Shown one piece after another: positions 1-7,789 of a stretch of 64,000 bases of DNA. The position numbers and the translations under genes are program-made. How positions within the stretch are numbered: position 1 is the first letter of the stretch; every line of letters begins with the position of its first letter. This DNA is from Bacilli bacterium. Its GTDB lineage: Bacteria > Bacillota_I > Bacilli_A > RF39 > UBA660. A model generated the notes under the pieces. That model did not search any database and was not told the origin of the DNA. It was given only the letters and a program-made list of their open reading frames with translations. The stretch is taken from positions 924-64,923 of the forward strand of contig JAZQIU010000027.1 of assembly GCA_045541255.1 (NCBI GenBank), read 5' to 3'.

Positions 1-58
1 TACAAACACAAACTAAAATCATAATTATAACAATAAGAATTGCTATTATTGTTTCCAT
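1..58 (-). CDS. Small hydrophobic protein, N-terminal fragment running off the window
   Basis: AAGAGG RBS (61-67, minus) then ATG at 58-56. Translation is METIIAILIVIIMILVCVC... Confidence 0.25.
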   Translation of the reverse strand, partial: METIIAILIVIIMILVCVC

Positions 59-189
59 AATTACCTCTTTCTTTTTACTACAACTGTATAAAAGACTTAA
101 ATTATTCCAATCTATATAATATAATATGTGATTTAAAGATTGGAGGCGTTATTATTTCTAAAAAAAGTAAAGATATTTTAGCAATAAAC

Positions 190-429
190 TTGAAATATTA
201 CAGATATAAATCTAAGCTATCACAAGAGAAATTCGCCGAAGCACTTGATACCACCCTTTTATATGAAAATCAAATAGAAAAAGGGAAAAGAAATCCTTCT
301 TTAAATATGCTAGACAAATTATCCAACAATATTTCAAAATTATTAGGTTATTATATTAGTAGTGCTGATTTATTAACTTACGACCAAAATAAAGTTATAA
401 ATTCAAAAAGAGTTGATGAGAAAAAGTAA
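190..429 (+). CDS. XRE-family HTH transcriptional regulator
   Basis: HTH_XRE pattern SKLSQEKFAEAL...YENQIEKGKRNPSLNMLDKLSN. TTG start in the track. The frame stays open upstream to a GGAGG at 142-146, so the true start may be a non-ATG codon near 151-154. Confidence 0.7.
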   Translation: MKYYRYKSKLSQEKFAEALDTTLLYENQIEKGKRNPSLNMLDKLSNNISKLLGYYISSADLLTYDQNKVINSKRVDEKK

Positions 430-766
430 TGCTTAATGCCGTTGTATTACTTTTTTTTATTCAAAAATCTCATATAAGTTAGATACTAAATTTTTGCACA
501 GTTCTAAGATACTTTGAAAGTTTCTCTATTATTCACACTAAATAATAACTATAATTTTATAATTAAGTCTTTTGTTTTTGTGTTCTTTTGTGTATTTTTA
601 CACAATTTTTTATATTTTTCCTCCTTTCCTCAGTAATCCTAGATACTGCATTGATTACTAACAAGTATTATAGCATAAAATTTAAATTTTTGAAATTATT
701 TTTTGCTCGTTTTGTTCGAGCAGTATAAAATCGTTATTTCCTATAAAATTATATATAGGAGGTCTA

Positions 767-1030
767 ATGATGAAATCTGCATACGAGTTATTTAATTTAA
801 TTGGTAAAAACATGAAAATAATCAGAAAAGAACAAATTGGAATATCGCAAGAAAAATTAGCAGAAGACGTTGATATGAGTAGAAGTTTTTTATCACAAAT
901 TGAAAGTCCAAATGTTGATGTCGGTGTTTCATTAGATACTTTATTCTTTCTAGCTCAAAAATACAACTTTGATATTAGAATGTTCTTTGATGGTTATGAA
1001 GAACTAATGAACAAAAAAAGTGAAGATTAA
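767..1030 (+). CDS. XRE-family HTH transcriptional regulator
   Basis: IRKEQIGISQEKLAEDVDMSRSFLSQIESPN...SLDTLFFLAQ. AGGAGG at 757-762, so the second ATG at 770 is better spaced. Confidence 0.8.
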   Translation: MMKSAYELFNLIGKNMKIIRKEQIGISQEKLAEDVDMSRSFLSQIESPNVDVGVSLDTLFFLAQKYNFDIRMFFDGYEELMNKKSED

Positions 1031-1064
1031 TAAGTAAAATATGTTACTTAAAATACCATTTAGA

Positions 1065-1091
1065 AACAATTGCATATAGCATTGTTTTTTA
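1065..1091 (+). terminator. Rho-independent terminator after the 767-1030 gene
   Basis: AACAATTGC-ATAT-AGCATTGTT hairpin followed by a T-run. Confidence 0.6.
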
Positions 1092-1187
1092 TTTTGTAAT
1101 TATTGTTATAATCCATATTTATCAATTATATAATCAAAAAATTTTTCTATTTCATCTTTTGACGTTTCAGCAAGACCTATTTAGAGG

Positions 1188-2240
1188 TCAATAATTAGCC
1201 CTAAATGATACTACAGCATACAATTTATTATTATACTCATAAACAGCTGAAGCCATAGAAATATGGCCATCCCTTAAAATTGTTGCATTATGTGATGGAC
1301 TATTCTTCCATGCTTCTACAAAATCTACACCTATATCGCCATATCCAATTATTTCTCCAAATCCATAACCAGCACCTTCATGAGAATAATATGTTGATAT
1401 TTCTTTTGCTCTTCTATCTGCTTCAGTTTGTGCTTCTACTGTAACTGGCAATTCGTTTAATCCTTTTGATTTTCTATATTCATTTATTTTAATTATATAT
1501 TGATCAGATATATCTTTTCTAAATCTTGGAGAAGATACTGCTGTATTACTTGATGAATTTGATTGAGAGTTATTCGTTGAATTAGAATTATGATTATTAT
1601 TTGATGAAGAAGAATTATTAGAATTACTATTATTAGTATTTGAAATTACAGTTTCTTTTTTAGATTCTTCTTTTTTTGTAATTTCAATCACTGTTTTTTT
1701 ATTAGTTTTATTACCACTCTCATCAACAGCAATAACCTCTATTTCATACTCACCAGGAACTTTTGAATCGTATTCTCCTTCAATTGTAATTTTTACATCA
1801 GTTAAATCTGTTGCTTCAAATTTTGATTCTAAATCTGATATATCTGCGTTTTGCTCATATTTTATTATTTCTTCAAAGTTAGTAAATTCTGGAGAAGTTG
1901 TATCTACTACTTTAATTTTAAATTTTTTAATTTTTGTTTTGTAAGTAATTTCTATTTCGTATTCTCCAATATTTACAATATCATCATTTTTTGAAACTAA
2001 TTTATTATTTTTAACTTTTAACTCTTTTGATGACAATTTATAAATTTTTATATTTTTAGTAGAACTGGCATCATCTAAATAATAAGATACTTCTGCACTT
2101 ATCTCCTCTCCCAATTCAAATATAAATTGATTATCTTTTAATATTATATTATTTGTATCCTTGTATAGTACAATCAGTCCTACTAAAAATACAATTAAGT
2201 TTATTATGCCTACTACTATTATAAATACTTTTTTCTTCAT
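1188..2240 (-). CDS. Secreted/membrane-anchored CAP (SCP/PR1, YkwD-like) domain protein with Ser/Asn-rich linker
   Basis: C-terminal YIIKINEYRKSKGLNELPV...EADRRAKEIS...HEG...VEAWKNSPSHNATIL...AVVSF matches the CAP-domain pattern. Start moved to MKKKVFIIVVG (ATG at 2240) behind GGAGGAG. The longer track ORF (to 2315) lacks an RBS. Confidence 0.75.
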   Translation of the reverse strand: MKKKVFIIVVGIINLIVFLVGLIVLYKDTNNIILKDNQFIFELGEEISAEVSYYLDDASSTKNIKIYKLSSKELKVKNNKLVSKNDDIVNIGEYEIEITYKTKIKKFKIKVVDTTSPEFTNFEEIIKYEQNADISDLESKFEATDLTDVKITIEGEYDSKVPGEYEIEVIAVDESGNKTNKKTVIEITKKEESKKETVISNTNNSNSNNSSSSNNNHNSNSTNNSQSNSSSNTAVSSPRFRKDISDQYIIKINEYRKSKGLNELPVTVEAQTEADRRAKEISTYYSHEGAGYGFGEIIGYGDIGVDFVEAWKNSPSHNATILRDGHISMASAVYEYNNKLYAVVSFRANY

Positions 2241-2302
2241 ACTACTCCTCCTACATCTATGTATCAAATGTGGTATTAAACCACATTTTTTTATAAATCT
2301 AT

Positions 2303-2758
2303 TTAATCTATACAAAAATAGTAAGTTTTTTCATAAATAAATTCAACTTGATTAGAATAAACAGCCAATTGATAAAATGCTTTTGACTTGTTATACCTTA
2401 TGGTTCTTTCTGGTATGTTCATTTTAATAGAAATTTCTTTATCCGTTAAACCATAAAAACATTTCCACTTAAGTATTCCTCCAATAACCTTTTCTCTTTT
2501 TTGTAGGCATAATATAAATTTTATAAAACTGCCAATTTGATCATCAGTCCAAGCAAGTTGTTCTATTAATTTTTTTTCATTTGAATTATCTCCAAATTTA
2601 TCGCTTGAAAAAAATATAAAACTTGCTGAATTTATTTTGCTTTTTTTTAACTGTTTTATTCTTTTTTCAACAAAAGGTTGATATTGTTCATAAATTTTCT
2701 TTCCATTTTTTATTGTTTTTTCTACATCAATTTCTACTATTGCATCGTTTAATATCAT
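2303..2758 (-). CDS. Sigma-70 region-4-like / ArpU-RinA-type phage transcriptional regulator (tentative)
   Basis: C-terminal GLTDKEISIKMNIPERTIRYNKSKAFYQLA resembles a region 4.2-type HTH. About 150 aa, the size typical of ArpU-family proteins. Confidence 0.45.
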   Translation of the reverse strand: MILNDAIVEIDVEKTIKNGKKIYEQYQPFVEKRIKQLKKSKINSASFIFFSSDKFGDNSNEKKLIEQLAWTDDQIGSFIKFILCLQKREKVIGGILKWKCFYGLTDKEISIKMNIPERTIRYNKSKAFYQLAVYSNQVEFIYEKTYYFCID

Positions 2759-2763
2759 TTAAA

Positions 2764-2997
2764 TTATTCACTATCAACATTATCTGTTGAAATAAGTGAA
2801 TTTTTTATTTTTCTTACATTAATTGCTTTCTTTTTCACTTCTTCATAATCAAATTCTACCAAATCATTTTCATCTAATGATTTAAATCCTCTCATGTTAA
2901 TATCTGAATAATGCACAAAAACGTCATTTTCCAACCCTTCACAAGATATAAACCCAAATCCTTTAGCATCATCAAACCATTTTACTTTTCCTTGCAT
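2764..2997 (-). CDS. Cold-shock protein (CspA family)
   Basis: [17 protein letters not shown]...DVFVHYSDI carries the RNP1/RNP2 motifs of a cold-shock domain. Confidence 0.9.
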   Translation of the reverse strand: MQGKVKWFDDAKGFGFISCEGLENDVFVHYSDINMRGFKSLDENDLVEFDYEEVKKKAINVRKIKNSLISTDNVDSE

Positions 2998-3533
2998 ACT
3001 TTCTTATCTCCTTTTCTACTTGTTTCACTATTACCAACTGCTATATTATATAATATATCAATTCTATTTGTTAATTGATTAATTACTAAATTTACTACTA
3101 CAAATACTACTAACATATAAAAATTTCTCATAAAACTTCCTAATACTAAAAAATTATAAACTAATAAACTACTTATAGGCAGAACAAACAAACTATTAAC
3201 AACACTACTTAAAATTTGTTTTTTTGTATATTTTTGTTTTTTACTTAAATAAAATATTAAAAATAAACACATAATAAAAGTAACAATATAAATATCAAAT
3301 ACAAATGATTTGAAATTAGAAAAATACAATAAATTTTGTTTTGTATAATCTAATACCAAATTATTGTTCATACAAAAAATACTATTTGTCGCTAAATGTA
3401 CGCAATATATCGCTAAAACTACAATTAAAATTTCTTTTAAAACTTTTAATCCTATAGATATTTTATGATACAATTGCATCCTTTTATTATTTCCTTCATT
3501 TTTCCAATACTTCTCCGAATTAAAACTACACAA
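2982..3533 (-). CDS. Multi-pass membrane protein, unknown function
   Basis: Several hydrophobic helices. 3' end overlaps the csp start by 16 nt. The start may be the internal MQLYHK. Confidence 0.4.
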   Translation of the reverse strand: MCSFNSEKYWKNEGNNKRMQLYHKISIGLKVLKEILIVVLAIYCVHLATNSIFCMNNNLVLDYTKQNLLYFSNFKSFVFDIYIVTFIMCLFLIFYLSKKQKYTKKQILSSVVNSLFVLPISSLLVYNFLVLGSFMRNFYMLVVFVVVNLVINQLTNRIDILYNIAVGNSETSRKGDKKVCKEK

Positions 3534-3559
3534 ATCTTCATAGAACTGCTTTAATTTTT

Positions 3560-3901
3560 TTATAATTTTTCCTCCCTCTCAATTTCTAAAGATACTGATA
3601 AAGCTTTGTTTATTAATTCCATAGTTTTTTCATCTAAAGTTTTAATATAATAAATGATTTGCTTTTTAGAAATAGTAATTACTTGCTCACATAACGCCAT
3701 CTCATTATTATCAGTCATTACATGGACAGACATTTCTTGTTTTTTTATTTTTGAAGTTAAAGGTACAACAATTAAATTTGGTGAAAATGTATTACCAAAA
3801 TTATTTTGAACAATTAAACACGGTCTTTTTCCCGATTGAATGTGTGCGTTTGTATTTTTTAAATCTACTAAATATACACTTCCTCTTTTAAAATTTATCA
3901 T
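3560..3901 (-). CDS. MazF/PemK-family endoribonuclease toxin
   Basis: KRGSVYLVDL...SGKRPCLIVQNNFGNTFSPNLIVVPLTSKIKK...CEQVITISKKQ is collinear with B. subtilis EndoA/MazF. Confidence 0.85.
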   Translation of the reverse strand: MINFKRGSVYLVDLKNTNAHIQSGKRPCLIVQNNFGNTFSPNLIVVPLTSKIKKQEMSVHVMTDNNEMALCEQVITISKKQIIYYIKTLDEKTMELINKALSVSLEIEREEKL

Positions 3902-4164
3902 ATAAAATAACTATTTACAATACATTCAATTTCTAAAATATAATAAGCATTTAAAGGATACTTAACATTCTTTTTAGGCTTATAAGTTTTGTTATCGTAG
4001 ACAATTCGCAAAACACAAGGAAAACCATGTTGTTTCAGTATTCGTAAAATTTTATCCCTTCCTATTTTTTTAACTATTTCTCTTCCACAGCAACAATTAC
4101 CATATTTTCTTAGATGATGTAATATCCAATCTGGAATCATAATCTTTTCATCAGAAAAACCCAT
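3898..4164 (-). CDS. Hypothetical Cys-rich 88-aa protein; positional candidate antitoxin for MazF
   Basis: Overlaps the MazF start by 4 nt (ATGA). No AbrB/RHH-like motif recognised. Contains GNCCCGRE. Confidence 0.35.
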   Translation of the reverse strand: MGFSDEKIMIPDWILHHLRKYGNCCCGREIVKKIGRDKILRILKQHGFPCVLRIVYDNKTYKPKKNVKYPLNAYYILEIECIVNSYFI

Positions 4165-4202
4165 AATAGTTGCTCCTCTCGTAAAGCTTATGAATATATT
4201 TC

Positions 4203-4391
4203 TTACACTACCTTAATTAAATCAAATGCAAAACAACTTTCAATGTCAAAACAATGTATTTCATCATCACCATCAAAGAAATAATAGATTCTATTGTTTC
4301 TTACTTTGATGATTGTTAAAAAGTAACCGTGATTTTCAGATAGTGGATTATAAACACGATACCTTTCTTTTTCTTTAAAAATCACTATCAC
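4203..4391 (-). CDS. Hypothetical small protein
   Basis: ORF preceded by AGAGG. GTG at 4385 is better spaced than GTG at 4391. An operator copy lies just upstream. Confidence 0.35.
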   Translation of the reverse strand: MIVIFKEKERYRVYNPLSENHGYFLTIIKVRNNRIYYFFDGDDEIHCFDIESCFAFDLIKVV

Positions 4392-4404
4392 CTCTCTTTT
4401 TATA

Positions 4405-4560
4405 GTTCACGATAGTAAACTACAAGTTCAAAAAAAATATACTTCCACTCCATTTATACAACAAAATTTTACTACTACTACTTACTAATACTACAAATAT
4501 TACAGTTTCCTTATCAACAGATCACCTCCGTATTATATTAAGTAGTTCACGATAGTAAAC
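4405..4560. repeat. Two direct copies of the 16-bp operator-like motif GTTCACGATAGTAAAC (4405-4420 and 4545-4560)
   Basis: 19-bp identity TAGTTCACGATAGTAAACT at 4403-4421 and 4543-4561. Each copy sits just upstream (minus-strand sense) of an SD-like GAGGTGAT. Imperfect dyad GTTyAC-N4-GTrAAC. Confidence 0.6.
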
Positions 4561-4669
4561 TCTTATACTAAAATAATAACCTTTATTTTAATAAAAGTCA
4601 ATACCCTCTTTTAAAAAAATTATTTCAAATAAATTGCTGTATAGAAATCCTATACAGCTGATACTATTT

Positions 4670-4987
4670 TCAATCCCTTAATGACTCAACATATTTATCT
4701 AGAATATTCAATGTCTTATCTAATTTTTCTTCGTCTTCAATTGAAATAGTACCGATAGCACCAATTATGTCATATAATTTCTCTAGCTTTATTACCAAAG
4801 AAGTAGATGCTGAAAGTTCCTTTATAGTTGCATCGTAATCTTCTTCAATGTTATTTAATTTTTGTACTACATTTTTAATTACTTCATAAGGCATATCTAC
4901 TTTTTTATCAAGATATTCCTTTAATACTGCTAATACTACTTTTACTTCTTTTACTGCATGTCCTACTTTTTTCTCTTCTTTGTTCAT
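4670..4987 (-). CDS. Hypothetical helical 105-aa protein
   Basis: Long ORF with no recognisable motif. Confidence 0.45.
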   Translation of the reverse strand: MNKEEKKVGHAVKEVKVVLAVLKEYLDKKVDMPYEVIKNVVQKLNNIEEDYDATIKELSASTSLVIKLEKLYDIIGAIGTISIEDEEKLDKTLNILDKYVESLRD

Positions 4988-5014
4988 CTTATCTTATTTC
5001 CTTTCCAATTGGCA

Positions 5015-5185
5015 CTACTTTAGTGATGCTTTTTCCTTCAAGTTCTTTAGACACACCTCTAAAATGCGAATCGTTGATTCTATATCCAACTGGGTAGATA
5101 ATTGCAAACCGTTTTTATCTGTCTTAATTAATATTTTTTTTCTACACCCTTGTTCTGAAGACTGCCCTTTATTCAAAAATTTCAC
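5015..5185 (-). CDS. Hypothetical 56-aa protein (below the ORF-track cutoff)
   Basis: GTG start behind AGGAGAGG. Translation is MKFLNKGQSSEQGCRKKILIKTDKNGLQLSTQLDIESTIRILEVCLKNLKEKASLK. Lies downstream of the leftward switch promoter. Displaces the antisense track ORF 4980-5198. Confidence 0.3.
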   Translation of the reverse strand: MKFLNKGQSSEQGCRKKILIKTDKNGLQLSTQLDIESTIRILEVCLKNLKEKASLK

Positions 5186-5286
5186 CTGCCTCTCCTAGAA
5201 TTATCAGGATGAAAGCATCACCCTAATTTCATTTGTCATATTTTACTACCTCCAAACTACTCATATAACTTTGTTATACATTAAAT

Positions 5287-5315
5287 ATAATACCAAAATT
5301 ATTTCAAATTGTCCA
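5287..5315 (-). promoter_or_regulatory. Leftward promoter of the divergent switch
   Basis: -35 TGGACA (5310-5315), 17-nt spacer, -10 TATTAT (5287-5292). The -35 is embedded in the operator copy at 5311-5326. Confidence 0.55.
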
Positions 5316-5358
5316 CCATCGTGAACAATTATTGCTAAATTTGTTCACGATAGTGGAC
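5311..5358. promoter_or_regulatory. Inverted pair of operator motifs (5311-5326 GTCCACCATCGTGAAC; 5343-5358 GTTCACGATAGTGGAC)
   Basis: Same core as the 4405/4545 copies, arranged as an inverted pair 16 bp apart between divergent promoters. Confidence 0.6.
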
Positions 5359-5382
5359 ATTTAAGAAAAAAGATAGTACAAT
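5354..5382 (+). promoter_or_regulatory. Rightward promoter of the XRE/CI-like repressor gene
   Basis: -35 TGGACA (5354-5359) inside the operator, 17-nt spacer, -10 TACAAT (5377-5382). Confidence 0.55.
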
Positions 5383-5415
5383 AATGTTGTAGTGGTTTAC
5401 GAAAGGAGATTTTAG

Positions 5416-5811
5416 ATGACTAAAGAACAAGCATTAAAGCTGATAATTTTAGATTATTGCTCTGAACATAATCTGATGCCTATTGAATTCGCTAGAAAAT
5501 GTGAACTTAGTAAATCTTACATAAGTAAAATTATTAATGAGAAATTTGGTTCTGTCGGTATTTCATTAACTTATTTAGAACGAATTGCTAATGGATTAAA
5601 TATGAAAATTGTTGACTTGCAAAATTTAATAGATAAATATCAAACAAGTGCTAGCGATGATGAAATAAAAAGAACAAAGTTAATTATTGAAATTATCAAT
5701 AAAGTAGAATCTTACGCAAATAAAGATTTGAATGTATTACATAGCATTATTCTAAACACAAATAGCGAACGTTTAGAAATTTTACATAGTTTGTTAAAAA
5801 ATATGAAATAA
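5416..5811 (+). CDS. XRE-family HTH regulator (CI-like repressor candidate)
   Basis: N-terminal HTH (FARKCELSKSYISKIINEKFG...LTYLERIANGL) plus a helical C-terminal half. AAGGAG RBS. Confidence 0.75.
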   Translation: MTKEQALKLIILDYCSEHNLMPIEFARKCELSKSYISKIINEKFGSVGISLTYLERIANGLNMKIVDLQNLIDKYQTSASDDEIKRTKLIIEIINKVESYANKDLNVLHSIILNTNSERLEILHSLLKNMK

Positions 5812-5828
5812 CATATTTTTTTATTTTG

Positions 5829-6611
5829 CTAAAAATAATCTAATTCATATTCATAATCGTTATTTTTTTCTGGTTCTCTAAACCAACCTAATTCCTCATC
5901 CCACTCTATTTCCTTATTCTTAAACATTTCAATATTATTTAATATTGATGTTTTTAAATATCCAAACTTATTTTCTATAATATTATCATTTTCATCTTTA
6001 AAATGTCGCTGGACTACACTCGATATTATATAATGTGTAATTGTAATTATATCTATAAATTCATATTCTCTTAAAATTTCATCAAAAAACTTATCATACT
6101 TATGTAATTCTACATCTTCTTTATTCAAATATTTTCGTTTGACCAAATCTTCAGTTATTTTATGATGACTAATTTTTTCATTTGAAATGGTTTTATCTAT
6201 TTTATCTATTTGTTCTTTAATATTTTGTTTATTAGTATTTATTTGGGTATGATTTTCCACTGTTGGATAATCCACAGGTGGATTTTCACTACCTGGATTA
6301 TTTTTTTCTTTTAAATTTTCTTGTGGAAGTTCATATATTAAATAATTATACTCAAAATAACCCTTTTCTCCTCTTATTTTATCAACTCTAACATAACCGT
6401 TTTCTTTTAATTCCTTCAAAGTATTTTTTATGGCACATTCTTGTTCTTTACATATAGAACATAAACCACTTAAAGAATAATCCCAATCTTCAGGCAAACT
6501 AAGCATATACGATAACAATCCTTTAGCTTTTAAAGATAAATTTTGATCTCGTAAATGATAATTACTCATAATTGTATAATTTTTGTTTTTTTCTACTCTA
6601 AATACAGACAT
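5829..6611 (-). CDS. Replication-initiator-like HTH protein (DnaD/replisome-organizer N-terminal type)
   Basis: FRVEKNKNYTIMSNYHLRDQNLSLKAKGLLSYMLSLPEDWDYSLSGL...IKNTLKELKENGYV is the pattern seen in plasmid/phage/ICE initiators. Start set at ATG 6611 (GGAAAGGAA RBS), because ATG 6629 directly follows a terminator T-run. Confidence 0.6.
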   Translation of the reverse strand: MSVFRVEKNKNYTIMSNYHLRDQNLSLKAKGLLSYMLSLPEDWDYSLSGLCSICKEQECAIKNTLKELKENGYVRVDKIRGEKGYFEYNYLIYELPQENLKEKNNPGSENPPVDYPTVENHTQINTNKQNIKEQIDKIDKTISNEKISHHKITEDLVKRKYLNKEDVELHKYDKFFDEILREYEFIDIITITHYIISSVVQRHFKDENDNIIENKFGYLKTSILNNIEMFKNKEIEWDEELGWFREPEKNNDYEYELDYF

Positions 6612-6629
6612 ATTACCATTCCTTTCCAT

Positions 6630-6652
6630 AAAAAAAGAACCTATTTAGGTTC
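6630..6652 (-). terminator. Rho-independent terminator after the 6641-7285 gene
   Basis: GAACCTAAATAGGTTC hairpin (6637-6652) then TTTTTTT on the minus strand. Overlaps the stop codon. Confidence 0.6.
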
Positions 6653-7285
6653 TCTCATTTTTTTTAAAATATCATTTTTAAATACTCTTATAAACGGATC
6701 AATAAAATAATTCCATCCTTTTGGATATTCATCATATCCTCCACGAGAAAATGTTTGACCATCATAATAATCTACATATACATTCCATTTAATTTTATAA
6801 TCAAAATAATTTTTTAGTTTTAATGGCTCTGATTTTAATATTTGCGATTTGTCTAATCCTTCTAATATTTTTCTCTTTCTTGCTGGAGTTAATGAGGACA
6901 TATAAGATTTTGTTATAAAATTATGGTCTATATTATAATATGATTTTTCTTCATCCAAATGGATTTCGTATTTCCATTTATCAGTTGAGGTTTCTATTAT
7001 AAAAGTTAATACCTTTATATCTGATAAAATCATATTTGAAATATAATAAAATGGTTTTTTACATTCTGAACAAAACCTATCATAAGTTCTTCTTTTGATA
7101 ATTTTACCATCATATTCTTTTGAATAATGTAAATTAGTATTAGATAGAATTGCTTCGCCTTTTTCAATTCTTTTTACATTACACTTATCTTTATAGTATT
7201 TTGATTCTTTTGGTTGTATATTATCTGTACAAACTATTGCTAAAGTCTTATAAGAGAAACAATATGGACATTGAATTTTTCCCAT
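6641..7285 (-). CDS. Hypothetical zinc-ribbon protein
   Basis: CPYC...CSEC cysteine pairs. AAAGGAG RBS. No family recognised. Confidence 0.45.
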   Translation of the reverse strand: MGKIQCPYCFSYKTLAIVCTDNIQPKESKYYKDKCNVKRIEKGEAILSNTNLHYSKEYDGKIIKRRTYDRFCSECKKPFYYISNMILSDIKVLTFIIETSTDKWKYEIHLDEEKSYYNIDHNFITKSYMSSLTPARKRKILEGLDKSQILKSEPLKLKNYFDYKIKWNVYVDYYDGQTFSRGGYDEYPKGWNYFIDPFIRVFKNDILKKMREPK

Positions 7286-7411
7286 TTAATCAACTCCTTT
7301 TTAACTGTATAAATTCAAAATTTTAAAATTTTTTATTATTTCGCTTAAGACTATTTTATCATTTTTCCCTTTAAAATAAAGGGTTTCCACAGTTTTAGAT
7401 TAAATTTTAGA

Positions 7412-7714
7412 CTATCCCAACGCTATCGGTACAGCATAAGTTGAAAACATCACTCCGTAATTAGGATCAAAGTTATCAACTGCTTTTATTAATCCTACAC
7501 AACCAATTTGAAATAAATCATTCATATCATGTTTTCCGTTATTATATTTTTTTATAATACTTAATACAAGTTTTAAATTCCCATTTACTATATCTTCTTT
7601 TGCTAATTCATTACCATTTTTATATTCTTTAAATTTTTCTAGCATTTCATCATTTTTTAACACTTTCAATAAATTTGTATTTATTCCTGTTATATCTACT
7701 TTGTATTTGCTCAT
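7412..7714 (-). pseudogene. Truncated SigF/SigG-type sporulation sigma factor (regions 1.2-2.3 only)
   Basis: MSKYKVDITGINTNLLKVLKNDEM..., VNGNLKLVLSIIKKY, DLFQIGCVGLIKAVDNFD and FSTYAVP are collinear with B. subtilis SigG/SigF. After YAVP the frame reads IALG-stop instead of MIIGEIRR, and no region 3/4 coding follows. Confidence 0.7.
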
Positions 7715-7718
7715 ATAA

Positions 7719-7755
7719 AAATTCCTTTCACCAAAGCTATGGTTAAAAGGAATTT
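7719..7755 (-). terminator. tyrS terminator
   Basis: AAATTCCTTT/AAAGGAATTT arms followed by a T-run. Ends 4 nt before the sigma-fragment ATG. Confidence 0.65.
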
Positions 7756-7789
7756 ATTTTATTCACTTTATTTTTTATAAAGAATATAA

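Larger units (their letters stand above)
1..7411. mobile_element. Partial phage/ICE-like accessory module (left end outside window)
   Basis: Three XRE-type HTH genes, divergent CI/Cro-like promoter pair with repeated 16-bp operators, HTH replication-initiator-like gene, ArpU/sigma-r4-like regulator, MazF toxin, many short orphan ORFs. Abuts a truncated sigma gene at 7412. No integrase or structural genes in window. Confidence 0.5.

Noticed and set aside
1540-1660. Repetitive tga/att/gaa-rich DNA.
   Set aside because: It encodes the Ser/Asn-rich linker of the CAP-domain protein. Not an independent repeat element.
2303-2758. Considered whether this sigma-region-4-like ORF is the missing C-terminal half of the truncated SigF/G-like gene at 7412-7714.
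   Set aside because: It has its own start. Its N-terminal 100 aa do not resemble sigma regions 2.4-3. It is separated from the fragment by about 4.6 kb of unrelated genes.
4980-5198. 72-aa plus-strand track ORF.
   Set aside because: No RBS, and the composition is hydrophobic junk. The opposite strand carries a better small ORF (5015-5185) with an RBS downstream of the leftward switch promoter.
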